From Nemertoderma westbladi (Eukaryota; Animalia; Xenacoelomorpha): a stretch of 64,000 bases of DNA. The position numbers and the translations under genes were made by a program. Shown in pieces: positions 1 to 14,047 of the stretch. How positions within the stretch are numbered: position 1 is the stretch's first letter; the number at the start of each line of letters is the position of its first letter. Location of the stretch: NCBI GenBank assembly GCA_032718475.1, contig JAUCBJ010003079.1, forward strand, positions 4,278 to 68,277, written 5' to 3'. The notes under the pieces are model-generated. The model saw only the letters and a program-made list of their open reading frames with translations, did not search any database and was not told where the DNA came from.

Positions 1-1669
1 AAACAATTGTCAGAATGTTATGACAGCCACAAACAATAGTCGTAGTTTTGTGATACGCACAAACAATGGAGAAATTCTGTATCAGCCACGAACAACTGCT
101 GTGTTGCAGTATGCCGTGCAACCGGGACAGCTACAAACAATTTTCGTAATGTTGAGACAGCCACAAACAATTGTCGCAATTTTGTGACAGCTACAAACAA
201 TTTTCGTAATGTTGAGACAGCCACAAACAATTGTCGCAATGTTGTGACAGCTACAAACAATTTTCGTAATGTTTTGAATGCCACAAACAATTGTCGTAAT
301 GTTGTGACAGCCACAAACAATTGTCGTAATGTTGTGACAGCCACAAATAATTGTCTCAAAATTGTGACAGCCACAAACAATTGTCGCAATATTGTGACAG
401 CCACAAAAAATTGTCGTAATGTTGTGACAGCCACAAACAATTGTCGTAATGTTGTGACAGCCACAAATAATTGTCGTAATGTTGTGACAGCCACAAATAA
501 TTGTCTCAAAATTGTGACAGCCGCAAACAATTGTCAGAATGTTATGACAGCCACAAACAATAGACGTAGTTTTGTGATACGCACAAACAATGAAGAAATT
601 CTGTATCAGCCACCAACAACTGCTGTGTTGCAGTATGCCGTGCAACCGGGACAGCTACAAACAATTTTCGTAATGTTGAGACAGCCACAAACAATTGTCG
701 CAATGTTGTGACAGCTACAAACAATTTTCGTAATGTTGAGACAGCCACAAACAATTGTCGCAATGTTGTGACAGCTACAAACAATTTTCGTAATGTTTTG
801 AAAGCCACAAACAATTGTCTCAATATTGTGACAGCCACAAACAATTGTCGCAATATTGTGACAGCCACAAAAAATTGTCGTAATGTTGTGACAGTCACAA
901 ACAATAGTCGCAATATTGTGACAGCCACAAACAATTGTAGCAATATTGTGACAACCACAAACAATTGTCGTAATGTTGTGACAGCCACAAACAATTGTCC
1001 GAATGTTGTGACAGCCACAAACAATTGTCGTAATGTTGCGACAGTCACAAACAATTGTCGTAATATTGTGACAGCCACAAAAAATTGTCGTAATGTTGTG
1101 ACGGCCACAAACAATTGTCCGAATGTTGTGACAGCCACAAACAATTGTCGTAATGTTGCGACAGCCACAAACAATTGTCACAATATTCTGACAGCCACAA
1201 TCAATTGTCACAATGTTGTGACAGCCACAAACAATTGTCGCAATGTTGTGACAACCACAAACAATTGTAGCAATATTGTGACAACCTCAAACAATTGACG
1301 CAATGTAATGACAGCCACAAAGAATTGTCGTAATATTGTGACAGCTACAAACAATTGTCGTAATATTGTGACAGCCACAATCAATTGTCTCAATGTTGTG
1401 ACAGCCACAAACAATTGTCGTAATGTTGCGACAGCCACAAACAATTGTCGTAATATTGTGACAGCTACAAACAATTGTCGTAATATTGTGACAGCTACAA
1501 ACGATTGTCGTAATATTGTGACAGCTACAAACAATTGTCGTAATATTGTGACAGCCACAAAAATTGCAGGAATGTTGTAACAGCCACAAACAATTGCCGT
1601 AATATTAGAATTAATCTTCAAATAAACTTTTAAATTTATCATCAAAATAATATAAGTGTGTAAATTTAC

Positions 1670-1884
1670 CTCTTTATCAGCGGTGAGGTCATCGAGCAGA
1701 TCAACATCGCTTATGCAGATCGGTTGCTTATCAGGAGCAGCAGAGCCACCCAATATCAACGGAATATTATCCGTTATGTCGTCAATTTCTTCGTTAAACT
1801 AGAAAAAATATAGATACATTGGATTGTGTTAATAAACAATGCTTGCAGGTTTGCAAAAAGTAACTCTTGCAAACCTCTTACCAT
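1670..1884 (-). other. Putative exon cassette copy 1: ATG (1884-1882), 83-nt GT-AG intron (1881-1799), 129-nt exon (1798-1670); spliced peptide M-FNEEIDDITDNIPLILGGSAAPDKQPICISDVDLLDDLTADKE
   Basis: Minus strand ACCATG|GTAAGA donor; TATTAAC branch-like motif; TATTTTTTCTAG| acceptor; GAG|GTAAAT donor. Exon length is a multiple of 3 and only frame 0 is open (the other two frames hit TAA). Confidence 0.7.
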
Positions 1885-4430
1885 GGTAGTTTCACACACA
1901 AAATGTCACAGCTAAAACTAACTGTGTAGGGACACTAACAAAATTTTCCGAATATTATGACAGCCACAATCAATTGTAGTAATTTTGTGACAGCCACAAA
2001 CAATTGTCTGAATGTTGTGACAGCCACAAACATTTGTCGCAATGTTGGGACTGCCACAAACAATTGTCCGAATGTTGTGACAGCCACAAACAATTGTCGC
2101 AATGTTGTAACAGCCACAAACAATTGTCGTAATGTTGTGACAGCCACAAACAATTGTCCGAATGTTGTGACAGCCACAAACAATTGTCGTAATGTTGTGA
2201 CAGCCACAAACAATTGTAGTAATGTTGTGACAGCCACAAGCAATTGTCGCAATATTGTGACAGCCACAAACAATTGTCGCAATATTATGACAGCTACAAA
2301 TAATTGTCGTAATGTTGTGACAGTCACAAACAATTGCCAGAATGTTATGACAGCCACAAACAATAGTCGTAGTTTTGTGATACGCACAAACAATGGAGAA
2401 ATTCTTTATCAGCCACGAACAACTGCTGTGTTGCAGTATGCCGTGCAACCGGGACAGCTACAAACAATTTTCGTAATGTTGAGACAGCCACAAACAATTG
2501 TCGCAATGTTGTGACAGCTACAAACAATTTTCGTAATGTTGAGACAGCCACAAACAATTGTCGCAATGTTGTGACAGCTACAAACAATTTTCGTAATGTT
2601 TTGAAAGCCACAAACAATTGTCGTAATGTTGTGACAGCCACAAACAATTGTCGTAATGTTGTGACAGCCACAAACAATTGTCGTAATATTGTGACAGCTA
2701 CAAACAATTGTCGTAATGTTGTGACAGCAATAAACAATTGTCTCAATATTGTGACAGCCACAAACAATTGTCGCAATATTGTGACAGCCACAAAAAATTG
2801 TCGTAATGTTGTGACAGTCACGAACAATTGTCGCAATATTGTGACAGCCACAAACAATTGTAGGAATATTGTAACAGCTACAAAAATTGTCGTAATGTTG
2901 GGACTGCCACAAACAATTGTCCGAATGTTGTGACAGCCACAAACAATTGTCGCAATGTTGTAACAGCCACAAACAATTGTCGTAATGTTGTGACAGCCAC
3001 AAACAATTGTCCGAATGTTGTGACAGCCACAAACAATTGTCGTAATGTTGTGACAGCCACAAACAATGGTAGTAATGTTGTGACAGCCACAAGCAATTGT
3101 CGCAATATTGTGACAGCCACAAACAATTGTCGCAATATTATGACAGCCACAAATAATTGTCGCAATGTTGTGACAGCTACAAACAATTTTCGTAATGTTG
3201 AGACAGCCACAAACAATTGTCGCAATGTTGTGACAGCTACAAACAATTTTCGTAATGTTTTGAAAGCCACAAACAATTGTCGTAATGTTGTGACAGCCAC
3301 ATACAATTGTCGTAATGTTATGACAGCCACAAACAATTGTCTCAATATTGTGACAGCCACAAACAATTGTCGCAATATTGTGACAGCCACAAAAAATTGT
3401 CGTAATGTTGTGACAGTCACAAACAATTGTCGCAATATTGTGACAGCCACAAACAATTGTAGCAATATTGTGACAACCACAAACAATTGTCGTAATGTTG
3501 TGACGGCCACAAACAATTGTCCGAATGTTGTGACAGCCACAAACAATTGTCGTAATGTTGCGACAGTCGCAAACAATTGTCGTAATATTGTGACAGCCAC
3601 AAAAAATTGTCGTAACGTTGTGACGGCCACAAACAATTGTCCGAATGTTGTGACAGCCACAAACAATTGTCGTAATGTTGCGACAGCCACAAACAATTGT
3701 CGCAATATTCTGACAGCCACAATCAATTGTCACAATGTTGTGACAGCCACAAACAATTGTCGCAATGTTGTGACAACCACAAACAATTGTAGCAATATTG
3801 TGACAGCCTCAAACAATTGACGCAATGTAATGACAGCCACAAAGAATTGTCGTAATATTGTGACAGCTACAAACAATTGTCGTAATATTGTGACAGCCAC
3901 AATCAATTGTCACAATGTTGTGACAGCCACAAACAATTGTCGTAATGTTGCGACAGCCACAAACAATTGTCGTAATATTGTGACAGCTACAAACAATTGT
4001 CGTAATATTGTGACAGCTACAAACAATTGTCGTAATATTGTGACAGCCACAAAAATTGCAGGAATGTTGTAACAGCCACAAACAATTGCCGTAATATTGT
4101 GACAGCTACAAACAATTGTCGTAATATTGTGACAGCTACAATCAATTGTCGTAATATTGTGACAGCCAGAATCAATTGTCACAATGTTGTGACAGCCACA
4201 AACAATTGTCGTAATGTTGCGACAGCCACAAACAATTGTCGTAATATTGTGACAGCTACAAACAATTGTCGTAATATTGTGACAGATACAAACAATTGTC
4301 GTAATATTGTGACAGCCACAAAAATTGCAGGAATGTTGTAACAGCCACAAACAATTGCCGTAATATTAGAATTAATCTTCAAATAAACTTTTAAATTTAT
4401 CATCAAAATAATATAAGTGTGTAAATTTAC

Positions 4431-4645
4431 CTCTTTATCAGCGGTGAGGTCATCGAGCAGATCAACATCGCTTATGCAGATCGGTTGCTTATCAGGAGCA
4501 GCAGAGCCTCCCAATATCAACGGAATATTATCCGTTATGTCGTCAATTTCTTCGTTAAACTAGAAAAAATATAGATACATTGGATTGTGTTAATAAACAA
4601 TGCTTGCAGGTTTGCAAAAAGTAACTCTTGCAAACCTCTTACCAT
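4431..4645 (-). other. Putative exon cassette copy 2 (exon 4559-4431); same peptide as copy 1
   Basis: Same splice signals; synonymous GGT>GGA change. Confidence 0.7.
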
Positions 4646-5829
4646 GGTAGTTTCACACACAAAATCTCACAGCTAAAACTAACTGTGTTGGGACACTAAC
4701 AAAATTTTCCGAATATTGTGACAGCCACAATCAATTGTAGTAATTTTGTGACAGCCACAAACAATTGTCTGAATGTTGTGACAGCCACAAACATTTGTCG
4801 CAATGTTGGGACTGCCACAAACAATTGTCCGAATGTTGTGACAGCCACAAACAATTGTCGCAATGTTGTAACAGCCACAAACAATTGTCGTAATGTTGTG
4901 ACAGCCACAATCAATTGTAGTAATTTTGTGACAGCCACAAACAATTGTCTGAATGTTGTGACAGCCACAAACATTTGTCGCAATGTTGGGACTGCCACAA
5001 ACAATTGTCCGAATGTTGTGACAGCCACAAACAATTGTCGCAATGTTGTAACAGCCACAAACAATTGTCGTAATGTTGTGACAGTCACAAACAATAGTCG
5101 CAATATTGTGACAGCCACAAACAATTGTAGCAATATTGTGACAACCACAAACAATTGTCGTAATGTTGTGACAGCCACAAACAATTGTCCGAATGTTGTG
5201 ACAGCCACAAACAATTGTCGTAATGTTGCGACAGTCACAAACAATTGTCGTAATATTGTGACAGCCACGAAAAATTGTCGTAATGTTGTGACGGCCACAA
5301 ACAATTGTCCGAATGTTGTGACAGCCACAAATAATTGTCGTAATGTTGCGACAGCCACAAACAATTGTCACAATATTCTGACAGCCACAATCAATTGTCA
5401 CAATGTTGTGACAGCCACAAACAATTGTCGCAATGTTGTGACAACCACAAACAATTGTAGCAATATTGTGACAACCTCAAACAATTGACGCAATGTAATG
5501 ACAGCCACAAAGAATTGTCGTAATATTGTGACAGCTACAAACAATTGTCGTAATATTGTGACAGCCACAAACAATTGTCCGAATGTTGTGACAGCCACAA
5601 ACAATTGTCGTAATGTTGCGACAGCCACATACAATTGTCGTAATATTGTGACAGCTACAAACAATTGTCGTAATATTGTGACAGATACAAACAATTGTCG
5701 TAATATTGTGACAGCCACAAAAATTGCAGGAATGTTGTAACAGCCACAAACAATTGCCGTAATATTAGAATTAATCTTCAAATAAACTTTTAAATTTATC
5801 ATCAAAATAATATAAGTGTGTAAATTTAC

Positions 5830-6044
5830 CTCTTTATCAGCGGTGAGGTCATCGAGCAGATCAACATCGCTTATGCAGATCGGTTGCTTATCAGGAGCAG
5901 CAGAGCCACCCAATATCAACGGAATATTATCCGTTATGTCGTCAATTTCTTCGTTAAACTAGAAAAAATATAGATACATTGGATTGTGTTAATAAACAAT
6001 GCTTGCAGGTTTGCAAAAAGTAACTCTTGCAAACCTCTTACCAT
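5830..6044 (-). other. Putative exon cassette copy 3 (exon 5958-5830); same peptide as copy 1
   Basis: Same splice signals and open 129-nt exon. Confidence 0.7.
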
Positions 6045-9000
6045 GGTAGTTTCACACACAAAATCTCACAGCTAAAACTAACTGTGTTGGGACACTAACA
6101 AAATTTTCCGAATATTGTGACAGCCACAATCAATTGTAGTAATTTTGTGACAGCCACAAACAATTGTCTGAATGTTGTGACAGCCACAAACATTTGTCGC
6201 AATGTTGGGACTGCCACAAACAATTGTCCGAATGTTGTGACAGCCACAAACAATTGTCGCAATGTTGTAACAGCCACAAACAATTGTCGTAATGTTGTGA
6301 CAGCCACAAACAATTGTCCGAATGTTGTGACAGCCACAAACAATTGTCGTAATGTTGTGACAGCCACAAACAATTGTAGTAATGTTGTGACAGCCACAAG
6401 CAATTGTCGCAATATTGTGACAGCCACAAACAATTGTCGCAATATTATGACAGATACAAATAATTGTCGTAATGTTGTGACAGTCACAAACAATTGCCAG
6501 AATGTTATGACAGCCACAAACAATAGTCGTAGTTTTGTGATACGCACAAACAATGGAGAAATTCTTTATCAGCCACGAACAACTGCTGTGTTGCAGTATG
6601 CCGTGCAACCGGGACAGCTACAAACAATTTTCGTAATGTTGAGACAGCCACACACAATTGTCGCAATGTTGTGACAGCTACAAACAATTTTCGTAATGTT
6701 GAGACAGCCACAAACAATTGTCGCAATGTTGTGACAGCTACAAACAATTTTCGTAATGTTTTGAAAGCCACAAACAATTGTCGTAATGTTGTGACAGCCA
6801 CAAACAATTGTCGTAATGTTGTGACAGCCACAAACAATTGTCGTAATATTGTGACAGCTACAAACAATTGTCGTAATGTTGTGACAGCAATAAACAATTG
6901 TCTCAATATTGTGACAGCCACAAACAATTGTCGCAATATTGTGACAGCCACAAAAAATTGTCGTAATGTTGTGACAGTCACGAACAATTGTCGCAATATT
7001 GTGACAGCCACAAACAATTGTAGGAATATTGTAACAGCTACAAAAATTGTCGTAATGTTGGGACTGCCACAAACAATTGTCCGAATGTTGTGACAGCCAC
7101 AAACAATTGTCGCAATGTTGTAACAGCCACAAACAATTGTCGTAATGTTGTGACAGCCACAAACAATTGTCCGAATGTTGTGACAGCCACAAACAATTGT
7201 CGTAATGTTGTGACAGCCAAACAATGGTAGTAATGTTGTGACAGCCACAAGCAATTGTCGCAATATTGTGACAGCCACAAACAATTGTCGCAATATTATG
7301 ACAGCCACAAATAATTGTCGCAATGTTGTGACAGCTACAAACAATTTTCGTAATGTTGAGACAGCCACAAACAATTGTCGCAATGTTGTGACAGCTACAA
7401 ACAATTTTCGTAATGTTGAGACAGCCACAAACAATTGTCGCAATGTTGTGACAGCTACAAACAATTTTCGTAATGTTTTGAAAGCCACAAACAATTGTCG
7501 TAATGTTGTGACAGCCACAAACAATTGTCGTAATGTTGTGACAGCCACAAACAATTGTCGTAATATTGTGACAGCTACAAACAATTGTCGTAATGTTGTG
7601 ACAGCAATAAACAATTGTCTCAATATTGTGACAGCCACAAACAATTGTCGCAATATTGTGACAGCCACAAAAAATTGTCGTAATGTTGTGACAGTCACGA
7701 ACAATTGTCGCAATATTGTGACAGCCACAAACAATTGTAGGAATATTGTAACAGCTACAAAAATTGTCGTAATGTTGGGACTGCCACAAACAATTGTCCG
7801 AATGTTGTGACAGCCACAAACAATTGTCGCAATGTTGTAACAGCCACAAACAATTGTCGTAATGTTGTGACAGCCACAAACAATTGTCCGAATGTTGTGA
7901 CAGCCACAAACAATTGTCGTAATGTTGTGACAGCCACAAACAATGGTAGTAATGTTGTGACAGCCACAAGCAATTGTCGCAATATTGTGACAGCCACAAA
8001 CAATTGTCGCAATATTATGACAGCCACAAATAATTGTCGCAATGTTGTGACAGCTACAAACAATTTTCGTAATGTTGAGACAGCCACAAACAATTGTCGC
8101 AATGTTGTAACAGCCACAAACAATTGTCGTAATGTTGTGACAGCCACAAACAATTGTCCGAATGTTGTGACAGCCACAAACAATTGTCGTAATGTTGTGA
8201 CAGCCACAAACAATTGTAGTAATGTTGTGACAGCCACAAGCAATTGTCGCAATATTGTGACAGCCACAAACAATTGTCGCAATATTATGACAGATACAAA
8301 TAATTGTCGTAATGTTGTGACAGTCACAAACAATTGCCAGAATGTTATGACAGCCACAAACAATAGTCGTAGTTTTGTGATACGCACAAACAATGGAGAA
8401 ATTCTTTATCAGCCACGAACAACTGCTGTGTTGCAGTATGCCGTGCAACCGGGACAGCTACAAACAATTTTCGTAATGTTGAGACAGCCACACACAATTG
8501 TCGCAATGTTGTGACAGCTACAAACAATTTTCGTAATGTTGAGACAGCCACAAACAATTGTCGCAATGTTGTGACAGCTACAAACAATTTTCGTAATGTT
8601 TTGAAAGCCACAAACAATTGTCGTAATGTTGTGACAGCCACAAACAATTGTCGTAATGTTGTGACAGCCACAAACAATTGTCGTAATATTGTGACAGCTA
8701 CAAACAATTGTCGTAATGTTGTGACAGCAATAAACAATTGTCTCAATATTGTGACAGCCACAAACAATTGTCGCAATATTGTGACAGCCACAAAAAATTG
8801 TCGTAATGTTGTGACAGTCACGAACAATTGTCGCAATATTGTGACAGCCACAAACAATTGTAGGAATATTGTAACAGCTACAAAAATTGTCGTAATGTTG
8901 GGACTGCCACAAACAATTGTCCGAATGTTGTGACAGCCACAAACAATTGTCGCAATGTTGTAACAGCCACAAACAATTGTCGTAATGTTGTGACAGCCAC

Positions 9001-11147
9001 AAACAATTGTCCGAATGTTGTGACAGCCACAAACAATTGTCGTAATGTTGTGACAGCCAAACAATGGTAGTAATGTTGTGACAGCCACAAGCAATTGTCG
9101 CAATATTGTGACAGCCACAAACAATTGTCGCAATATTATGACAGCCACAAATAATTGTCGCAATGTTGTGACAGCTACAAACAATTTTCGTAATGTTGAG
9201 ACAGCCACAAACAATTGTCGCAATGTTGTGACAGCTACAAACAATTTTCGTAATGTTGAGACAGCCACAAACAATTGTCGCAATGTTGTGACAGCTACAA
9301 ACAATTTTCGTAATGTTTTGAAAGCCACAAACAATTGTCGTAATGTTGTGACAGCCACAAACAATTGTCGTAATGTTGTGACAGCCACAAACAATTGTCG
9401 TAATATTGTGACAGCTACAAACAATTGTCGTAATGTTGTGACAGCAATAAACAATTGTCTCAATATTGTGACAGCCACAAACAATTGTCGCAATATTGTG
9501 ACAGCCACAAAAAATTGTCGTAATGTTGTGACAGTCACGAACAATTGTCGCAATATTGTGACAGCCACAAACAATTGTAGGAATATTGTAACAGCTACAA
9601 AAATTGTCGTAATGTTGGGACTGCCACAAACAATTGTCCGAATGTTGTGACAGCCACAAACAATTGTCGCAATGTTGTAACAGCCACAAACAATTGTCGT
9701 AATGTTGTGACAGCCACAAACAATTGTCCGAATGTTGTGACAGCCACAAACAATTGTCGTAATGTTGTGACAGCCACAAACAATGGTAGTAATGTTGTGA
9801 CAGCCACAAGCAATTGTCGCAATATTGTGACAGCCACAAACAATTGTCGCAATATTATGACAGCCACAAATAATTGTCGCAATGTTGTGACAGCTACAAA
9901 CAATTTTCGTAATGTTGAGACAGCCACAAACAATTGTCGCAATGTTGTGACAGCTACAAACAATTTTCGTAATGTTTTGAAAGCCACAAACAATTGTCGT
10001 AATGTTGTGACAGCCACAAACAATTGTCGTAATGTTATGACAGCCACAAACAATTGTCTCAATATTGTGACAGCCACAAACAATTGTCGCAATATTGTGA
10101 CAGCCACAAAAAATTGTCGTAATGTTGTGACAGTCACAAACAATTGTCGCAATATTGTGACAGCCACAAACAATTGTAGCAATATTGTGACAACCACAAA
10201 CAATTGTCGTAATGTTGTGACGGCCACAAACAATTGTCCGAATGTTGTGACAGCCACAAACAATTGTCGTAATGTTGCGACAGTCGCAAACAATTGTCGT
10301 AATATTGTGACAGCCACAAAAAATTGTCGTAACGTTGTGACGGCCACAAACAATTGTCCGAATGTTGTGACAGCCACAAACAATTGTCGTAATGTTGCGA
10401 CAGCCACAAACAATTGTCGCAATATTCTGACAGCCACAATCAATTGTCACAATGTTGTGACAGCCACAAACAATTGTCGCAATGTTGTGACAACCACAAA
10501 CAATTGTAGCAATATTGTGACAGCCTCAAACAATTGACGCAATGTAATGACAGCCACAAAGAATTGTCGTAATATTGTGACAGCTACAAACAATTGTCGT
10601 AATATTGTGACAGCCACAATCAATTGTCACAATGTTGTGACAGCCACAAACAATTGTCGTAATGTTGCGACAGCCACAAACAATTGTCGTAATATTGTGA
10701 CAGCTACAAACAATTGTCGTAATATTGTGACAGCTACAAACAATTGTCGTAATATTGTGACAGCCACAAAAATTGCAGGAATGTTGTAACAGCCACAAAC
10801 AATTGCCGTAATATTGTGACAGCTACAAACAATTGTCGTAATATTGTGACATCTACAAACAATTGTCGTAATATTGTGACAGCCACAATCAATTGTCACA
10901 ATGTTGTGACAGCCACAAACAATTGTCGTAATGTTGCGACAGCCACAAACAATTGTCGTAATATTGTGACAGCTACAAACAATTGTCGTAATATTGTGAC
11001 AGATACAAACAATTGTCGTAATATTGTGACAGCCACAAAAATTGCAGGAATGTTGTAACAGCCACAAACAATTGCCGTAATATTAGAATTAATCTTCAAA
11101 TAAACTTTTAAATTTATCATCAAAATAATATAAGTGTGTAAATTTAC

Positions 11148-11362
11148 CTCTTTATCAGCGGTGAGGTCATCGAGCAGATCAACATCGCTTATGCAGATCG
11201 GTTGCTTATCAGGAGCAGCAGAGCCTCCCAATATCAACGGAATATTATCCGTTATGTCGTCAATTTCTTCGTTAAACTAGAAAAAATATAGATACATTGG
11301 ATTGTGTTAATAAACAATGCTTGCAGGTTTGCAAAAAGTAACTCTTGCAAACCTCTTACCAT
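11148..11362 (-). other. Putative exon cassette copy 4 (exon 11276-11148); same peptide as copy 1
   Basis: Same splice signals; GGA variant. Confidence 0.7.
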
Positions 11363-13833
11363 GGTAGTTTCACACACAAAATCTCACAGCTAAAACTAAC
11401 TGTGTTGGGACACTAACAAAATTTTCCGAATATTGTGACAGCCACAATCAATTGTAGTAATTTTGTGACAGCCACAAACAATTGTCTGAATGTTGTGACA
11501 GCCACAAACATTTGTCGCAATGTTGGGACTGCCACAAACAATTGTCCGAATGTTGTGACAGCCACAAACAATTGTCGCAATGTTGTAACAGCCACAAACA
11601 ATTGTCGTAATGTTGTGACAGCCACAAACAATTGTCCGAATGTTGTGACAGCCACAAACAATTGTCGTAATGTTGTGACAGCCACAAACAATTGTAGTAA
11701 TGTTGTGACAGCCACAAGCAATTGTCGCAATATTGTGACAGCCACAAACAATTGTCGCAATATTATGACAGCTACAAATAATTGTCGTAATGTTGTGACA
11801 GTCACAAACAATTGCCAGAATGTTATGACAGCCACAAACAATAGTCGTAGTTTTGTGATACGCACAAACAATGGAGAAATTCTGTATCAGCCACGAACAA
11901 CTGCTGTGTTGCAGTATGCCGTGCAACCGGGACAGCTACAAACAATTATCGTAATGTTGAGACAGCCACAAACAATTGTCGCAATGTTGTGACAGCTACA
12001 AACAATTTTCGTAATGTTGAGACAGCCACAAACAATTGTCGCAATGTTGTGACAGCTACAAACAATTTTCGTAATGTTTTGAAAGCCACAAACAATTGTC
12101 GTAATGTTGTGACAGCCACAAACAATTGTCGTAATGTTGTGACAGCCACAAACAATTGTCGTAATATTGTGACAGCTACAAACAATTGTCGTAATGTTGT
12201 GACAGCAATAAACAATTGTCTCAATATTGTGACAGCCACAAACAATTGTCGCAATATTGTGACAGCCACAAAAAATTGTCGTAATGTTGTGACAGTCACG
12301 AACAATTGTCGCAATATTGTGACAGCCACAAACAATTGTAGGAATATTGTAACAGCTACAAAAATTGTCGTAATGTTGTGACAGTCACAAAAAATTTCAG
12401 AATGTTGTAACAGTTGCAAACAAATGCCGGAATGTTGTGACAGCCACAAACAAATGTTGTAGTTTTGTGATACGCACAAACAATGGAGGAATTCTACATC
12501 AGCCACAAAGAACTGCAGTGTAGCAGTCTGCCGTGCAACCGGGACAGCTACAAACAATTGTCGGAATGTTGATACAGCCACAAACAATTGTCGCAGTATT
12601 GTGACAGCTACAAACAATTGTCGTAATGTTGTGACAGCCGCGTACAATTGCCGGAATGTTGTGACAGCCACAAAAAAATTGTCGAAATGTTGTTACAGCC
12701 ACAACAAATTGTCGCAATATTGTGACAGCCACAAACAATTATCGCTAGGTTGTGACAGCCACAAACAATTGTCGTAATGTTGTGACAGCCACAAACAATT
12801 GTCGTAATATTGTGACAGCCGCAAACAATGGTCGAAATGTTGTGATAGCCACAACAAATTGTCGCAATGTTGTGACAGCCACAAACAATTGTCGCAAGGT
12901 TGTGACAGCCACAAACAATTATCGCAAGGTTGTGACAGCCACAAACAATTGTCGTAATGTTGTGACAGCCACAAACAATTGTCGTAATATTGTGACAGCC
13001 GCAAACAATTGTCAGAATATTGTGACAGCAGAAAACAATTTTCGTAACGTTGTGACAGCCACACACAATTGTCGTAATATTGTAACAGCCGCAAACAATT
13101 GTCGGAATGTTGTGACAGCCACAAACAATTGTCGTAATGGTGTGACAGCCACAAATAATAGTCGTATTGTTGTGATAGCTACAAACAATTTCCGGAATGT
13201 TGTGACAGCCGCAAACAATTGCCGGATTGTTGTGACAGCCGCAAACAATTGTCGGAATATTGTGACAGCAGAAAACAATTTTCGTAACGTTGTGACAGCC
13301 ACACACAATTGTCGTAATATTGTAACAGCCGCAAACAATTGTCGGAATGTTGTGACAGCCACAAACAATTGTCCTAATGTTGCGACAGCCACAAACAATT
13401 GTCGTAATATTGTGACAGCCACAAAAAATTTTCGGAATATTGTGACAGCCACAAACAATTGTCGCAATGTTGTGACAACCACAAACAATTGTAGCAATAT
13501 TGTGACAGCCACAAACAATTGACGCAATGTAATGACAGCCACAAAGAATTGTCGTAATATTGTGACAGCTACAAACAATTGTCGTAATATTGTGACAGCC
13601 ACAATCAATTGTCACAATGTTGTGACAGCCACAAACAATTGTCGTAATATTGTGACAGCTACAAACAATTGTCGTAATATTGTGACTGCCACAATCAATT
13701 GTCACAATATTGTGACAGCCACAAAAATTGCAGGAATGTTGTAACAGCCACAAACAATTGCCGTAATATTAGAATTAATCTTCAAATAAACTTTTAAATT
13801 TATCATCAAAATAATATAAGTGTGTAAATTTAC

Positions 13834-14047
13834 CTCTATATCAGCGGTGAGGTCATCGAGCAGATCAAGATTGCCTATGCAGATCGGTTGCTTATCAGAG
13901 CAGAAGAGCCACCCAATATCAACGGAATATTATCCGTTATGTCGTCAATTTCTTCGTTAAACTAGAAAAAATATAGATACATTGGATTGTGTTAATAAAC
14001 AATGCTTGCAGGTTTGCAAAAAGTAACTCTTGCAAACCTCTTACCAT
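13834..14047 (-). pseudogene. Exon cassette copy 5, 128-nt frameshifted exon (13961-13834)
   Basis: Matches copy 7 except TCAGAGCAG versus TCAGGAGCAG near 13897 (1-nt deletion); could be a consensus error. Confidence 0.5.

Noticed and set aside
1598-1759. ORF-track protein MILGGSAAPDKQ...EVNLHTYIILMINLKVY
   Set aside because: Starts at a TTG inside the putative exon and reads through the GTAAAT donor into intron and satellite; the spliced model explains it better.
1758-1802. Helitron 3' end (AACGGA...TCCGTT hairpin followed by CTAG)
   Set aside because: The hairpin is weak and about 23 nt from CTAG, which is followed by A rather than T; the CTAG is better explained as the minus-strand acceptor.
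1882-1911. 30-nt coding micro-exon (TTTTAG acceptor to ATG donor) joining successive cassettes in frame
   Set aside because: Contains an in-frame TGA or TAA at its second codon in the copies read, so it could only be UTR or a poison exon.
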